From Dicyema japonicum (lineage: Eukaryota; Animalia; Dicyemida), in the NCBI GenBank assembly GCA_011109175.1, contig RDEW01000009.1:826875-890874 (forward strand): a DNA stretch of 64,000 bases. The letters are read 5' to 3'. A program made the position numbers and the translations under genes. Under the pieces are notes generated by a model. That model was not told where the DNA came from and made no database searches. It saw only the letters and a list, made by a program, of their open reading frames with translations. Shown piece after piece: positions 38,810-52,199 of the stretch; positions within the stretch are counted from its first letter, which is position 1, and each line of letters opens with the position of its first letter.

Positions 38810-39504
38810 ATATGTCATGTGGTTCGCCGACGGCGTGGTTGAATTTGGAAAAAAAGAACCACACTTTCCCCTATCTTCACGAGTGGACCAATAAGGAAGG
38901 CCTGCGCCGCTGCGGAGACGTTGAGGCAAACCCTGGACCAGCCAGAATAGTCCAACTCAACATAAATGGAATCAAGAACAAGATACTCGAAATTCGGACA
39001 TTTGTGAAAGAAAATCACATCGATCTGTTGATAATTCAAGAGTCTAAACTTTCTCCAAAGAATTCAACACCAGTATTTCCGGGATTCACAGTAATTCGCC
39101 GTGACAGAATTGGCAAACTTGGTGGGGGTCTTCTCACAGTTATCCTCAACGGCATTCCGTTTGAGGACTTACTAACAGTGCTTACACTATGCTTAAAGGA
39201 TATGGAAATCTCGAACTTTTGGCTACCAAAGTACGATTCCCAAGACTATCAATAATGATTGTCAACGCCTAATTACAGCCTTGCGAATTGGAGAGGATTC
39301 AAGGATTACGTCGATAATTGTATTGGACTATTAAATTTCCCCACTCCTCCTTTCGTCGAACAATTAGTGAAATGGTTCAACTCCACCATAAACGCTGCGA
39401 AAAAGAAGTACATTCCTATGGGGAGACAACCCACGTCATCAAAACGTTTCAACACCACGACGAAGCATCTGATCAGAGAACTAAATAGTCTGTCACGAGA
39501 CTAG
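38810..39504 (+). mobile_element. 5' end of an Ingi-like LINE: pseudoknot remnant, 2A peptide, APE endonuclease
   Basis: LRRCGDVEANPGP followed by IVQLNINGI..IIQESKL..RRDR..GGGLLT. Confidence 0.85.
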
Positions 39505-39506
39505 GG

Positions 39507-39815
39507 TGTTACCGAGCCTAGGTGGTTACAGTTCGCTTATTTTTCGATAAAGATTGAAAATTAATTTATCGCTAATCTTAATAGAATTATTCTTAATATT
39601 TAAAATTAATAAATTAAATATTAAAAAAATTATTCGGATAACCATAATCTGTAATATTTAAAATTATTCGGATAACCATAAATCTGTAATATATGCTAGA
39701 AAAAATTTTAAATGGACAAAATATCGAAAATCAGTCCAGACAAAAATTCTACCGCCTTAAAAAGAGAGCCGAAAACTTTCTTTTGATCAATGGAAGAATA
39801 TACCTGAAACAACCG
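39507..39815 (+). mobile_element. Possible Ginger/integrase-type element 5' end with a ~32-bp tandem duplication (39626-39692)
   Basis: Begins TGTTACC; AT-rich leader; peptide KFYRLKKRAENFLLINGRIYLK resembles the pre-integrase segment. Confidence 0.3.
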
Positions 39816-41340
39816 TGTGGAAATCACAAATTAGTGATTTCGGACTGAATTGCTGATTGAATACTTCTGTCCTTGGAGGCAAGAATGATATCGTCGGCAT
39901 AGGAGAAGATTAGACAGTTTTCATTACAGGTTTGTGGCATGTCGTTTATGTAGAGATTGAAGAGTTGGGGTGATAGTGGGGAGCCTTGAGGGACTCTATT
40001 TTGGAAATAGCGAGATCTTGATTTGATGTTGTTGCAGAGTACTTGTGCTCGTCTTCCATTTAGGAAGTTTCCAAGCAAAGTTTCTGGTTCGGATGGATGT
40101 TGGTTTCAAATATTTTCTTTGTTAGGAGTTTCAAGCTGGAACTATGCCTCTCGAAGCGGAGACTCGACACATCAGCAACAAAGTCCTCTGTCACGCTGTT
40201 TACCACTTACAAAAGACAGCTCTGTATCGAACCAAAAAATCTTTATGAAGAACGAAGCTATTCCTATTAACAAAACACCGAAGATTCTGGGAATAACATT
40301 TGATCAGGAACTCACCTTTACCCTGCTGGACTTGTCCTCTCCTTTGTCGGTCTGGGATCACTTAGTTAGATGAAAACTTTTATTTCTTTCTCTTTGACCC
40401 AGTGATCCTGGGGGTAATAATAATAGGCCATCGAATCCTGGCTCTATTAGCCTGTATATTCAACCTATCCATTAACACGAATATAATACCTGAAATATGG
40501 AAGAAGTCTCTAATCAAACCTATTCGAAAAACTAACAAACCAATAAATGAACCATCTTTTTATCGCCCAATCTATTCTGAATCCGGTCTCAAGGTTACTT
40601 GAAAGGCTTGTTCTAGAAAAAGTACAAGACTCAATTTCAATACCTTCGACCCAGCACGGAAGCTGGAACTATGGCTCTCGAAGCAGAGGCTCAACACATC
40701 AGCAACAAAGTCTTCTGTTACGCTGTTTACCACATACAAAAGACAGCTGTGTCGAACCAAAAATCCTTATAAAGAACGAGGCTATTCCTATTAACAAAAC
40801 ATCAAAGATTCTTGTAGTCAACTTTGATTAAGGACTCTCTTTTATCCGACATATTGAGGACAAAGTAACCTTTGCTCTGAAGAAAATGAGAAATTTAAAA
40901 GTGCTCTCAAAAACACTTAAAGACCAAACTCGGAGCCTTTCCACAGTTTATGAATAATATATCTGACCCACGATGACATATGCAAGTTTTTTGTGGGCAA
41001 TGTAGATTTCACGGTCCTTGTCATTAAAACTATCCGCAATCCAGGAGACTGCAGTAAAGTTGATTGGACCAGAACACAAGATCCAACATATTGAAAATCT
41101 TCTAATTAAATTACAACAAAAATTCTTAAACACGGCCAGTTTACCGAGCTGCATGTACTATCCAAATATCTACAAACATGTAAAAAGTTTGAGTCTATGC
41201 CATGTCTAATGATAAGAGTTGTACAGGATTCTCGACCCCGCCGGACTCGTCCGTTCCCTTGTCGGTCTAGGATCACTTAGTTAGTTGAGAACCTTTTATT
41301 TCTTTTCTTTGACCCAGTGATCCTGGAGCTAATAATAATG
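39815..41340. mobile_element. Scrambled Ingi-like LINE fragments in both orientations
   Basis: VPQGSPLSPQLFNLY..YADD on -; duplicated PKILGITFD segments and two 3' tails on +. Confidence 0.7.
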
Positions 41341-41767
41341 GTTGAAACATCTCTAATAATGCCTATATCTTTATCGTACTCTCAGTATGTCTATTCTACC
41401 CGATTTACAATTACAACTTTCAACGTCAGAGGACTGTAGACGACAACGATGAACTTCGTAGACGTGCGAGGAGTAAAGTTGCAGTGAGAAAACTGGTAGA
41501 ACGGATAGTGAAGAGCACAGCACAAGCGGAATCCTAAGTATTTATATGCTTATGGGTAATGTGGGGGTTTATTTCACTTATCTATTATTAATTTCTGGAG
41601 ATTGGCCTTTTTTTCTTTGAGAAAAGAGAAAATGCTCATGACGATGATTCCGTTATCTGTGAATACTTAACTGCGGAACTAGATCGTATACAAGACTCAT
41701 ACTTAACAAAAATAAAAAAAAGTTAAAAAACATTTCTTGGATCCCTCGCTTTAACGATTAGTTAGTA

Positions 41768-43616
41768 CAGTGAAACCTCCATTTGAGGCGGACCTCCTCA
41801 TTGGGGCACATCTATTTTTGGGGCAACCCCAGGTTTTGGGGCAGTTTGAAAATTAGATCATTTTTATACAGTAATTTCCAAATTTGGAAATTACCTGAAT
41901 CTCTTAGTGGGGCACTTAATTTTTTTTAATTTATATAAAGTCTTGCAATTAATATTAAATTTAATTATATAAAATTTTCTTAAACTTCGCGTGCTAGATT
42001 TGCTTACTCTGGAGTTAAAGCTTAAAATTGCCCAAGAAATCAACGAAAATTGTTTCATGAGCGAACGAGATATTGTCAAAAAGTATAAAATTAGTAAAGG
42101 TTTATATGACAATTCTATTGTTTAGGAGCAGTATCTAGAATTAAACAAAATTATATGAACTTTATAAATAATGGGTCCGTACAATCAAATTGTCTTAGTC
42201 AAATTTCACAGAGAAGAGACAGTCTGTCACAGAAATTCGATAAAATTGTTTATTAATGGTTTTTTAAAGCAAGGGAAGAATTTATTCCCGTTTCAGGACC
42301 TATTCTTAAAAACATTGCTATAAAAGTAGCTAGGAATTTGAACTATACCTCATTCAGAGGTTCGACTGGTAGGCTTGAAAAATTTAAGAAAAGACACAAT
42401 TTGTCATTTAAGACAATAAGTGGTGAAAAAAATTCGTGTGATATTTCTTGCCTTGGAATTTTTTTGATAAGTACGATGACTATGTTAATAACTATGGCAT
42501 TGAAAATATTTTCAACTGCGATGAAACGGGATTGTACATTAAAAGAATAACATCAAAATCATTTGTAACTTCAGATGAAGATTGTTTTGGAATTAAAAGG
42601 AGTAAAGAAAAAGTCACTATGCTTTTGTCGGCCATTGCTTGTGGCGAAAAATTGAAGCCATTATTAATAGGAAAATATAAATCCCCAAGTTGTATGAAAA
42701 AATTTAACCCTGAAGAGCACGGAGTTTTATATTTGTTTTCTAAAAATTGTTTGATGACATCTGATATATTTATTACTTGGTTGAACATTGTCAACGAAGA
42801 AATGATTCAACACAACCGAAAAATTGTCCTTTTGCTTGACAATGCAAGTTGTCACAAGAATAATCATTTTTCTAACATTAAGCTATTTTTTCTGCCAAAA
42901 AATGCAACATCATTAATTCAACCCTTAGATATGGGAGTTATTAAATCGTTCAAATCCAATTATTTAAATAATTTGATGGATTTTACCCTATCTTTTGAGG
43001 ATGATAAGTTTACAATGTTGAATTTAAAGCAAGTAAATCTCAGACAAATAATCATTATTGTTGGGAAGACATGGCAACAAATACACTCTGAATCAATTAC
43101 TAATTGTTGGAAGAAAATTGATGAATGTCGTTTTCAAACTCTATCATTTGTGAATAATGAATTGGAGAGTTTAGATAACATAATTAAAGATATAATTAGT
43201 GAAAATGAAGTAGAAAATGATGACGAGAATATATACGACGGAGTAAAATGTACCTATTCTCATTTGGAAACAATAACAGCGATGAATACACTTGAAGAGA
43301 ACATTTTCAATTTGTTTCCTGAAGCTTTGAAAGATTATTATAATTTCAGAAAAATATTAGGAATGCAAATGAAAAAATCCGCAACCGGAGGGAAATTAAC
43401 AGACTATTTTCCTATCGTTAAATAAATTTGTTTTTAAAATAATTCTGAAAAATCTATAAAAAAAAAAACATTATTTATCTATAAATTTAATAAAAAGCAA
43501 ATTTAAATTGTTAAACTGTGGATAAATCTAAAGAAAATGCCGAACCTCCATTTTTGGAGAAACCTCTGTTTTTGGGGCATTTTTTTAAATAGGTGCCCCA
43601 AATAGAGGTCATACTG
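41768..43616 (+). mobile_element. Full-length Tigger/pogo transposon, copy B (decayed transposase with a 26-nt intron)
   Basis: TA TSDs. Imperfect TIRs CAGTGAAACCTCCATTTGAGGC and CAGTATGACCTCTATTTGGGGC. FNCDETG, LLDNASCH and QPLDMGVI. Contains one stop and one frameshift. Confidence 0.92.
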
Positions 43617-44014
43617 TATAACTTTTTTATTTTTTATAAAGTATTTGTCATGAGGAGATATAAATATTATGGCACTCGTGAAAAGGTTGCTATTAGAAAA
43701 TCGATGTTTAAAGTAAAACTGTTAAAGTATATTATTAAATTATTGATTTTTAAATTTAAAATTCCTATGACTTCACTGAGGATGCTACCTTATTTAAGTC
43801 ATTTTCGTATTAATTAAAAAATTGATATCTATATTATTATTCGTATTAGATTCAGCTTTATTTTTTTAAATCGTTTCGAAAATAATTTTCTCTGATGATC
43901 GTGAGTCCAAAATCCTGTCGATTCTGAGAAGATAAATTGCTTAATCAAATACTAACAAAGTAAAACAATATTTAATTTAATGCAAAAATTAATTAAAATC
44001 AGAAAAGTACTAAA

Positions 44015-46620
44015 TTAAAACCATTTAACAGCTTTTTTATCAACTCGAAGTCCAATAAACTTAGAAATAAGATTATTAGAAACTTTTCCCTACAAATATA
44101 GCTTAAAACAAACTGATAATGTTCTCATCAACATCTCATGAACGTTTTCAGGCGGTAAAATAAATGCATTACACAAAGATACTAAATTAACAAATAGTGT
44201 ATCAAATTTATGAGATATTCCATCTACAGGTCTCCAATATTCAGTTATGCAGGCAATCATAATCATTCCACCAGAAGATGAATAATGTTGATTTTGTTGA
44301 GTAATGCATTCATATATAACATCCAAATATCGAGATAAAAAATCATCAAGAAACAATTTTTTTGTATGTTCATTTATATTCTTTTTTATTAAGTTGACTA
44401 TATCTTGAACGTATGTAGCAACCTTATTTGGGCTCTACTTTATATAAAAGAAAAAAACTCCATTGGACAAATCAGAAAGGTTTTCAGACGAAAAATTGAT
44501 GGAACGAAGTTCAATTCTTAATAAATAACGAATATAAGAAATAGAAGCAGACATAGATTTATCAATTCCAGATTCCAATTTATTAATTAAATTTTTCACA
44601 ATTTCATCTTTCAGCCCTATTAATTTTAATCTTTCAACTGAAGAACTGAAAATTAATATATAATTAAAACATTTTTGGATTAAAATTTACTTCTGTGGTA
44701 TTATCAATTAAATTAAGTATCTTCATCGAAGCTGATAAAACATCCATAAATTGAAAATAATAAGGAGATTTGACCTCTCCGGTAGGAATAGCTAAACATC
44801 TTTGTTATACATGTAACCATCCTTAGCATCATCAATTCCATACTCAATAAATTCACCGGTTGTTCGTATTAATGCAAAACAGATTTCTTTTATTCGAAAC
44901 AATGAACTGAATTCTCCAGCTAATTCACTAAACTACAAAATGAATATTAAAATAATTGTAAAACTGCAAAACATCTATTAGCGACAGCGATAAACTCGTC
45001 GACAACTGGTTTGAAGTGATAATAAGATATCAAAGATGTCGACTTAGCATAATCTCCTCCTACAGAACGAAAAAGTGCTTTCCCAAAATTACTGAAGGTG
45101 AATAAACCCCATACGCAATCCCCGTTTTCTTGTTATGGCCAATGGACTCATAGAATGCGTTGATAGTATTTGAACTGAATTCTTGTAAATAGTTAAGTTC
45201 AAGTCTTTAATTTTCAAAAAAAAACAAATAACTGCATGTAATCAGCTAAACTCTTAGAGAATAGTTGATTGATATTCATAAACATTGGAGAACAATTACA
45301 ATTTTGGTTAATTGCAGTCAATTCATTACATAATTTTAAAACACTATTGAATATAAAAATAATTATACTTATTATAAAGGGAATATAAACTTTCCAGCCA
45401 TAAACCTTTTTCTAGATTTAGTGAAAGTTTGGAAATAATAAAATCCTAATAATCCAAATAAATACAAACTTTAATATAAATTATGAATAAATTATCCAAA
45501 AACCGAATAAAAAAATCTGATTTTACAGGAGCGATTTTATCAATAATTGGAAATATGTTAGTACACATAATTTTGATATCCTCAAATGAATCCATTTTAG
45601 AAAGATTATTCTTAAAAATAAAAAATTATAATTAATAGCAGGCATAAAAATATATATTCGATGTTATACCCTTTGTGTGGTTTTAATAAATCTCAGTATA
45701 CTTTTGTTATAAGCGTCCTATAAATAAAATTGAATATAAATTAACTGCAAATGGATGTAGAAGGGCTAAATTTAATTTCATCTTTTCATAATCACATTTA
45801 ATCATTGATTCATTAAACATTGATGATAACCTGTTTTCACAAATCGAATATTTTTCTAAAATTGAATTAAAAAATAACCTGAAATATGAATGTGAACTTC
45901 TTGAAACCTATAAAACTAATAATTTTGAATGTACTTTTGGTCAGTAGCTAACTGACTTGAAAGTTTGTATAACTGACATATCAGTTCACAATTTTCATTA
46001 AACTAAAAAGTCATTCTTAAAGTAAACTGATGAATTATTATTGAAGAAATCAAATTCCAGATCTGAATAAAAATTGAAAAAAAGTTTGATCAGTTTATTA
46101 GTAGAAATGAGTTTTAATTTTGGAGTACTTAAATTTTCTAGTTGTGATCCAAAATCTGTCAGTCCATTTGAAATTTTTACTGTATTAGAAAAAAGTTTTT
46201 CTGAATCTCCTCTTAATTTCTTTGTTAACTTTAAAATATAATAAAACATGATGTCGTAAAGTTAAATGATTTAATTTGTGCCTTAAATTATATTCTTCTG
46301 CCATTAAAATTCTATTACGTTCCTTTTCATGCTCTTGTAGATTGTATTTTTCATCATTCAATTCCTATATTTATTATATTATATAAGCAAATGCAATAAT
46401 TATAATTCCAAGAAATAAGGACAATAAAAAACTGCACTTATACGCGATATCATATTAGTATAAGTGCTAGATAATTAAAATAAGTTAAAAATTATACTTG
46501 AATTTTATCATTGATCTTCCCAATAATGATTTTAGGTTCGAATTTCGAAACATCCCCGTATAATCCTGCATTTGATTCAAGAATAATTTCATTAATAAGT
46601 GACACAGACAATTCATCCAT
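44015..46620 (-). CDS. EXOC5: Exocyst complex component 5 (Sec10), divergent
   Basis: FEPK..KIQ|EL, GSQLENLSTPK..KLIKLF, EKYSICENRL, YSSSGGMI..ITEY, LVSLCNAFILPPENV and FIGLRVD match Sec10 N- and C-terminal motifs. Confidence 0.8.
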
Positions 46621-46983
46621 TAATTATTTTGAATTATAATTTAATTTAATATTTTTAATTAAATTATTTTTTATGCCATTTATTTATTTGTATAATTGAC
46701 CTCGCAAGTGAATCGTTGTCGATGGCCATTTCCCACTCCTCTCTTTTGAAACTGTCAGCAATCTAGAAGGCCGACAAAAGATTAAATAGCTAAAACTTTT
46801 TGTCTGTCTTTCTTGAAGCAGTTTTTATTAGATGACAACAGAAGATGGTGAGGTTTTTACTGTAAGCCATCATTGATGAATTTTGTTAGGGATGTAAGCT
46901 GAGTTATTGTAGAGAGACCTTTTTTAAACCTATGTTAAAAAAATACAACTTGAAGGTAAGGTTTAATATGTTTAGGTATGAGT

Positions 46984-47040
46984 AGGCTCACCATCCGTCC
47001 CGGATTTGGAGCCTTGTCCCGGAATGTCCTGGATTACCAT
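46984..47040 (+). repeat. Possible hAT-type terminal remnant
   Basis: aggctcaccatccgtcccgg with repeated gtcccgga subterminal units. Confidence 0.25.
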
Positions 47041-47051
47041 ATTTATTATTA

Positions 47052-48590
47052 CAGTACGACCACGCCCCAATAGAAAAGTGCCCCAAATATAGAGGGTATA
47101 TATAATTCTTACATTTTAAAATTATTATTTGTATTTTTTAATAACAAAATATGTTGTTTCGATAAAAAAGAGGATTTATTTTATGAGAAATAATCAGTTA
47201 TTTTGAACCCAGTATTATACTTTTTTCTTAGAATCTTTGAAATTTTTATTCTGAATTCATAAAAAGTTTCGAGAATATTCATTATTCTTATTGAATCTTA
47301 AAAACATAACCCTTCAATCTCATTATTTCCATTATACAAAGTCCCATTATCTTCAATTTTGTTTATTTCAAGTTCCATTAACCCTAAAACATGTTTATCA
47401 ATTAATTCAGATGCTTTTCTGAATTAATTTCACGAACACGTTTTCTGTTCGTTTATTTTCATCCAACAATTGACAATCGTTGTTGTTGTTACTCGACTCC
47501 AAGCTTCTCCTACAAATGCAATTATTTGCCTCATATTAATCTTCAATAGAGTCGAATACTATTCCTCAACATCGTCAAGACATATCATTTCATAAAGAAC
47601 GTTGTTATAATATTTTCTTGAAAGAGTTTATGATTCCCATATCTAAAGGTTGAAGAAGTTCTGTTGTATTTTTAGGAAATTTAAGAAATGATAAGTTTGA
47701 ATATTCTTGAAATTTGTGACATGGTGCATTATCCACAAGAATCAAAAATTTTCTGTTTTTTTTGACCATTTCAAAGTTTATTTTTTGTAACCATTTATCA
47801 AAAATATCAGTCATCATCCAAGCATTTTTTGACGCTGTGTACAAAACCTAAAAATAACCTAATGAAATATACCCCATAATCCTCAGTTTGTATATTTTTT
47901 AAGCATCTTGGCGATTTAAATTTCCCGATAACAAGGGTCTTTAATTTTTCACCTTCAAGACTGCAGCATAAAAAAAACTGAAACTCGTTCTTTGCTTTTC
48001 GTTTCACCAAAACAATCATCATTTAAAGAGACAAATGATTTACATGAATTTTTTTAAACAAAAATACAGGTTTCGTCGCAGTTAAAAAATCTTTTTTCTC
48101 GTATTTATCAAATAAATTGTCGTAATCGTTAAAAAAATCTTCGACTTTATTTCTGTCACATGAGTTCTTTTCACCCGAAATTACTTTGAACAATTCATGG
48201 CACTTTTTAAATCGATCCAACCATCCATTTGATGCTTTGAAATCATTGAAGTCAAGATTAGCTGCAATTTTTTTGCAATAGTTTTGAGGAGAAATCCTGA
48301 AACTGAAATACCATCCTCTCTCAAATTTTTAAAGACTTCGAATACTAATCGATCAATTCGAATAGAAAGATCTGATTCGAACTTCTTAGATGAGAGTTCA
48401 TCATAGCATATTTGTGTTTTTGATACCCCTTTTCCGATTTCTTTTTTAATTCGTGAGACAGTTCCTTTTCCAATATTGTATAATATTACCGGAACCTCTA
48501 AGTGGAGCATTGGATTTTTAATTTATATACATTTGCTATTAATATTAAAATTAATTATATAAAATTTTATTTTGAAGCCTCGTGTAATTT
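47052..48590 (-). mobile_element. Tigger/pogo transposon, copy C (frameshifted, 25-nt intron at 47848-47872)
   Basis: TA|CAGT end. ISGEKNS, VDNAPCH and PKNTTELLQPLDMGII. Confidence 0.85.
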
Positions 48591-48627
48591 TTGCATTCTT
48601 GTGGTTATGTAGTCTTTAATTAATTAA

Positions 48628-49640
48628 TTAATTATTAACCCCGGATACGCCGAGAAAGAAGTTAAAGTAAACAACTAATTAAGTGTATCCAGTTTCCACA
48701 GAAACAGAGTTCATCCGGAATCAGCATCAAAGGAAAGACGTCCATTACATGCAGTTGTGGAAACCCCTCCAGTGGAGTGGGGAAGCTTAGTCTTGAGTTA
48801 AAGATTAAAATTGCTAAGAAATAAGTGAAAATGAACATTTTACTGACTGAGATATTGTAAATAAATACATAATTAGTAAAGGTTGTTTAGTAATTTCAGT
48901 TTTTAGGCGCTGTATCACGTATAAAAATTATCTCAATTTTTTATACTGGAACTTGAATCCATTATTAGTGAGGAAATTTAAATCTCCATACTGTATGAAA
49001 AACTTTAACCCTGAAGAATTCTTGGATGACATCCGAAATATTTATTACCTGGCTCAATATTACAAATGAACAAATGATTAAGCAAAAAGAAAAAAATTGT
49101 TTTTGTTACTTGATAACGCAAGTTGTCACAGGAATATCCATCTTTCCAACATTAAATTGTTTTTTCTTCCAAAAAACGCAAACTCATTAGTTCACCGTTA
49201 GATGTGGGTTTTATTAAATCCTTTAATCTAATTATCTTAACGCTTTAATCGATTTCACTCTTCTTCTTTGAGGACGTTGAGTTAAAAATGTTTAATTTAA
49301 AAAAAATAAATCGTCATGTCATAATAATTGTTGGGAAACATGGCAAAATTTAAATCCTGAAACAAATAACGAATTGTAAGGAAACAATTAATAACTGTCC
49401 GGCAACTAATTCCTAATTCAAATTTTTAGTTAATATGAGAAAAGAAAATATGGATACCACCATAATTGCGGATTCCCCACTCCACTGGAGGGGTTTCCAC
49501 AACTGCATGTAATGGACGTCTTACCCTTTATGCTGATTCCGGATGGACTCTGTTTCTGTAGAAGTGGAAACTGGATGCACTTAATTAGTTGGTTACTTTA
49601 ACTTCTTTCTCGGTGTATCCGGGGTTAATAAATAATAATT
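48628..49640. repeat. Inverted pair of short elements (48628-48786 on -, 49472-49640 on +) flanking a decayed Tigger, copy D
   Basis: The two arms are reverse complements; the inner DNA resembles copy B (DNASCH, LPKN). Confidence 0.8.
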
Positions 49641-49654
49641 ACTTAAACCTACAT

Positions 49655-49935
49655 TCAGATAGGACACACATTTATTTTATAAAAAGAACTGTTGTGGTAA
49701 TTAATCTCAGAAATGGGACCGACATCAAGAGTATTCTTAACTTCTTTCTTTTAGCTGTGTACAAGTATCTGAAGACAATTCGGTTCCACACTGAGGTGTC
49801 ATTGATGACAGCGTCACTTGTCATGCCAAGAAACAACATTGATACATGGAATTTTCAGCTTGAACAGGGATCAGTGAGATTCGAATTGGGAAACTTCTGA
49901 ATTCTGCCCGGTACTTATAACATTGCATCATCCCC
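49655..49935 (-). mobile_element. tRNA-derived SINE copy, diverged
   Basis: Core tgatgacagcgtcacttgtc and the aggacacaca segment. Confidence 0.7.
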
Positions 49936-52199
49936 AAGTTTTCCTATTATTTTCAAATAAAATATATTATTTAAACGTAAAAAAAGTTAGATTTATGGGT
50001 CTCAGCTTTTATTGCATGATTATTCCTTTTCTGGACTGCGAAGAAAATACTTTCAAATAACCAACAGCGTTCAATTAGGTCCATTGAGATTGGTGAGATA
50101 AAATTCTGTCTTTTAATAAAAGCGAAGGGAGAATGTACGTGGGCTCAGAAGACTTTCACATTGGTAAGAACGTACGTCACAACGTTAAGGTACCAGCATA
50201 CTTTCGACCTTCTGAACGATTAAACAGTCAGTGATATCACTCTTAAAAATGATGTTCAAAGTGAGACTGTCCGTACACGTTATATACCAACTAGAGGCTT
50301 CCCAGCCACAAACAGAAAAGTGATCATTAGATGTCGGTGACATTGTAGTCTGACTTTTAATAATTTAAAGTTCGTATTCCAAAAAAATTATAAACGAATC
50401 ATTTCCTCCGTCTACATAAGAGTGGACCTACATATGGGGAATTGTCCAACAATTTTGCCAAAGTAAAAATATTTATGGATCCATAAGAAAAATAAATCTG
50501 AAACGATTGAGGAAAAATATTAAAAAATTTATTAAAACAAAATAAGATAAAAAAACAGTCAATTTCCATTTAGTTTCCAGCTATTATCTTGTATGAAGAA
50601 ATGGTATAGAATTAAATAAAATTATCAAAGAACAAATGGTCCATAATCTCTGCGAAAGTACAAATAGATCCTGTATAACTACGATCTTTGAGAAATTTGT
50701 ATAAAATCATAAATTTGAATGAATACAACACTGACATATTTATAACAATGTAGAGAGGATAAACTTGCAAGAGCATATTTCCAAGTAAATATTCTACTAT
50801 TCTTAAAGTATTGTGATGAGTCAGTCAGACGATATGCTCTCAATTAGCCACCTCCTTTCTATTCTATCATTTTTTTCACATGAACAACTAGAATATTATT
50901 TAGTAATAATGTCACGATATTAATTATAAAATTAAATGTAAAATAACTATACCAAAAGCTTGGACGAATATCTATGGGGTCCACTCATCTCTTGGACGAA
51001 TGTCTTGAAGATTGAGGCTAACAGGAGAAGAGCCTCCAAAATCACGGAACGCTGGATCTTTGAAGAACTCCATCCACCAATGCCTCTTGAAACTTTGATA
51101 AGAATAAACCACGGAACGTGCCGTCGTGACTGCGAAGGTCCAGTCACTCGACCTATACGTGCTTGTGTGGGGACGAGGGAGGAGCATCGGGCCAAGATGA
51201 GGTCCCTGCTAGAACGTGCTGGGATCACGTGATTAGTTAGTTTTTGTAACCGTAGTCTCTGGTGTTATTATTATTATTATTCAAGAGAAGTGTCAGAAAA
51301 TAAGAAATGATATTCGACTGAAAAATTCAAGGACAACAAAACAGACGTCGTCGTAAAGTAGTACATTTTCAATTTTGAAAACATTCATGTTAGATATTTT
51401 AAATAAGATCAGGCGTTAGACAAGATACAGGGAAGACGATATTCTTAATCAAGAGTACGGTTTTCATATATTTCTATTCAAAGCTATTTGGCAGAATTTG
51501 AAGGCTCATAGATAGAAATTCTGAATTGATCTTGATTCATTACGAGTAATAGCTAAAAAGGAGGAGATTGGAAGAGGATGTATAGTAGGATAGTGAACGT
51601 GGCACAATGAAACCTTAAATTATGATAATAATAGGAGAAACAAGTGAAGAATTATATAAAAGCACGACGGAGAGGATGTAAGATTACAATGTTACATAAA
51701 TAATTGCGACTTAATTTGCAATTACAAAGGAAAATATTTTTTAACATTTCTTATTTCAATTTTCTTTATACGTCTCCCCAATCGGTTCGTATTTGAATTA
51801 CTACGCTAGGTCCGATTTATCTGCTCTTCTACTTTGGACGGCGTTCTCATATGTTGTGATATCAATGCGAAACACCCTTTTATGATTATCAAACCTACCC
51901 TCCGATACAAAAGGGAGACTACTATAACAGATGGGGTTTTTTTACGATCATGATTGACCAATCAAAAAACACATGAACGTCCTAAAATGATACCGACTAA
52001 CGAACTTGGCCGGATATTACTTTTTTTCCCTTTCCCTGACTCCAATGTCGCCTTGGTCATTCAGTTATGATCCAGGAACTGATCACAACCCAATTTTGAT
52101 GAAAATCAAAAAAAGCTTTTTCAGAGAAGGGTTTCTTGGCACTTGTTATTAAAGTACCAACTTAAAACTACCATTTAATTACGACAACTGTTTGACAAA

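Noticed and set aside
46430-46616. Second open frame at the EXOC5 5' end (MNCLCH..MFRNSNL..), resembling a targeting peptide
   Set aside because: Sec10 homology (FEPK..IQEL) supports the MDELS frame. It is not excluded as a minor isoform but is unsupported.
49940-52190. Possible gene in this unexplained stretch
   Set aside because: No spliceable model was found; only a faint Tc1-like C-terminal remnant (about 50580-50690) and a LINE tail.
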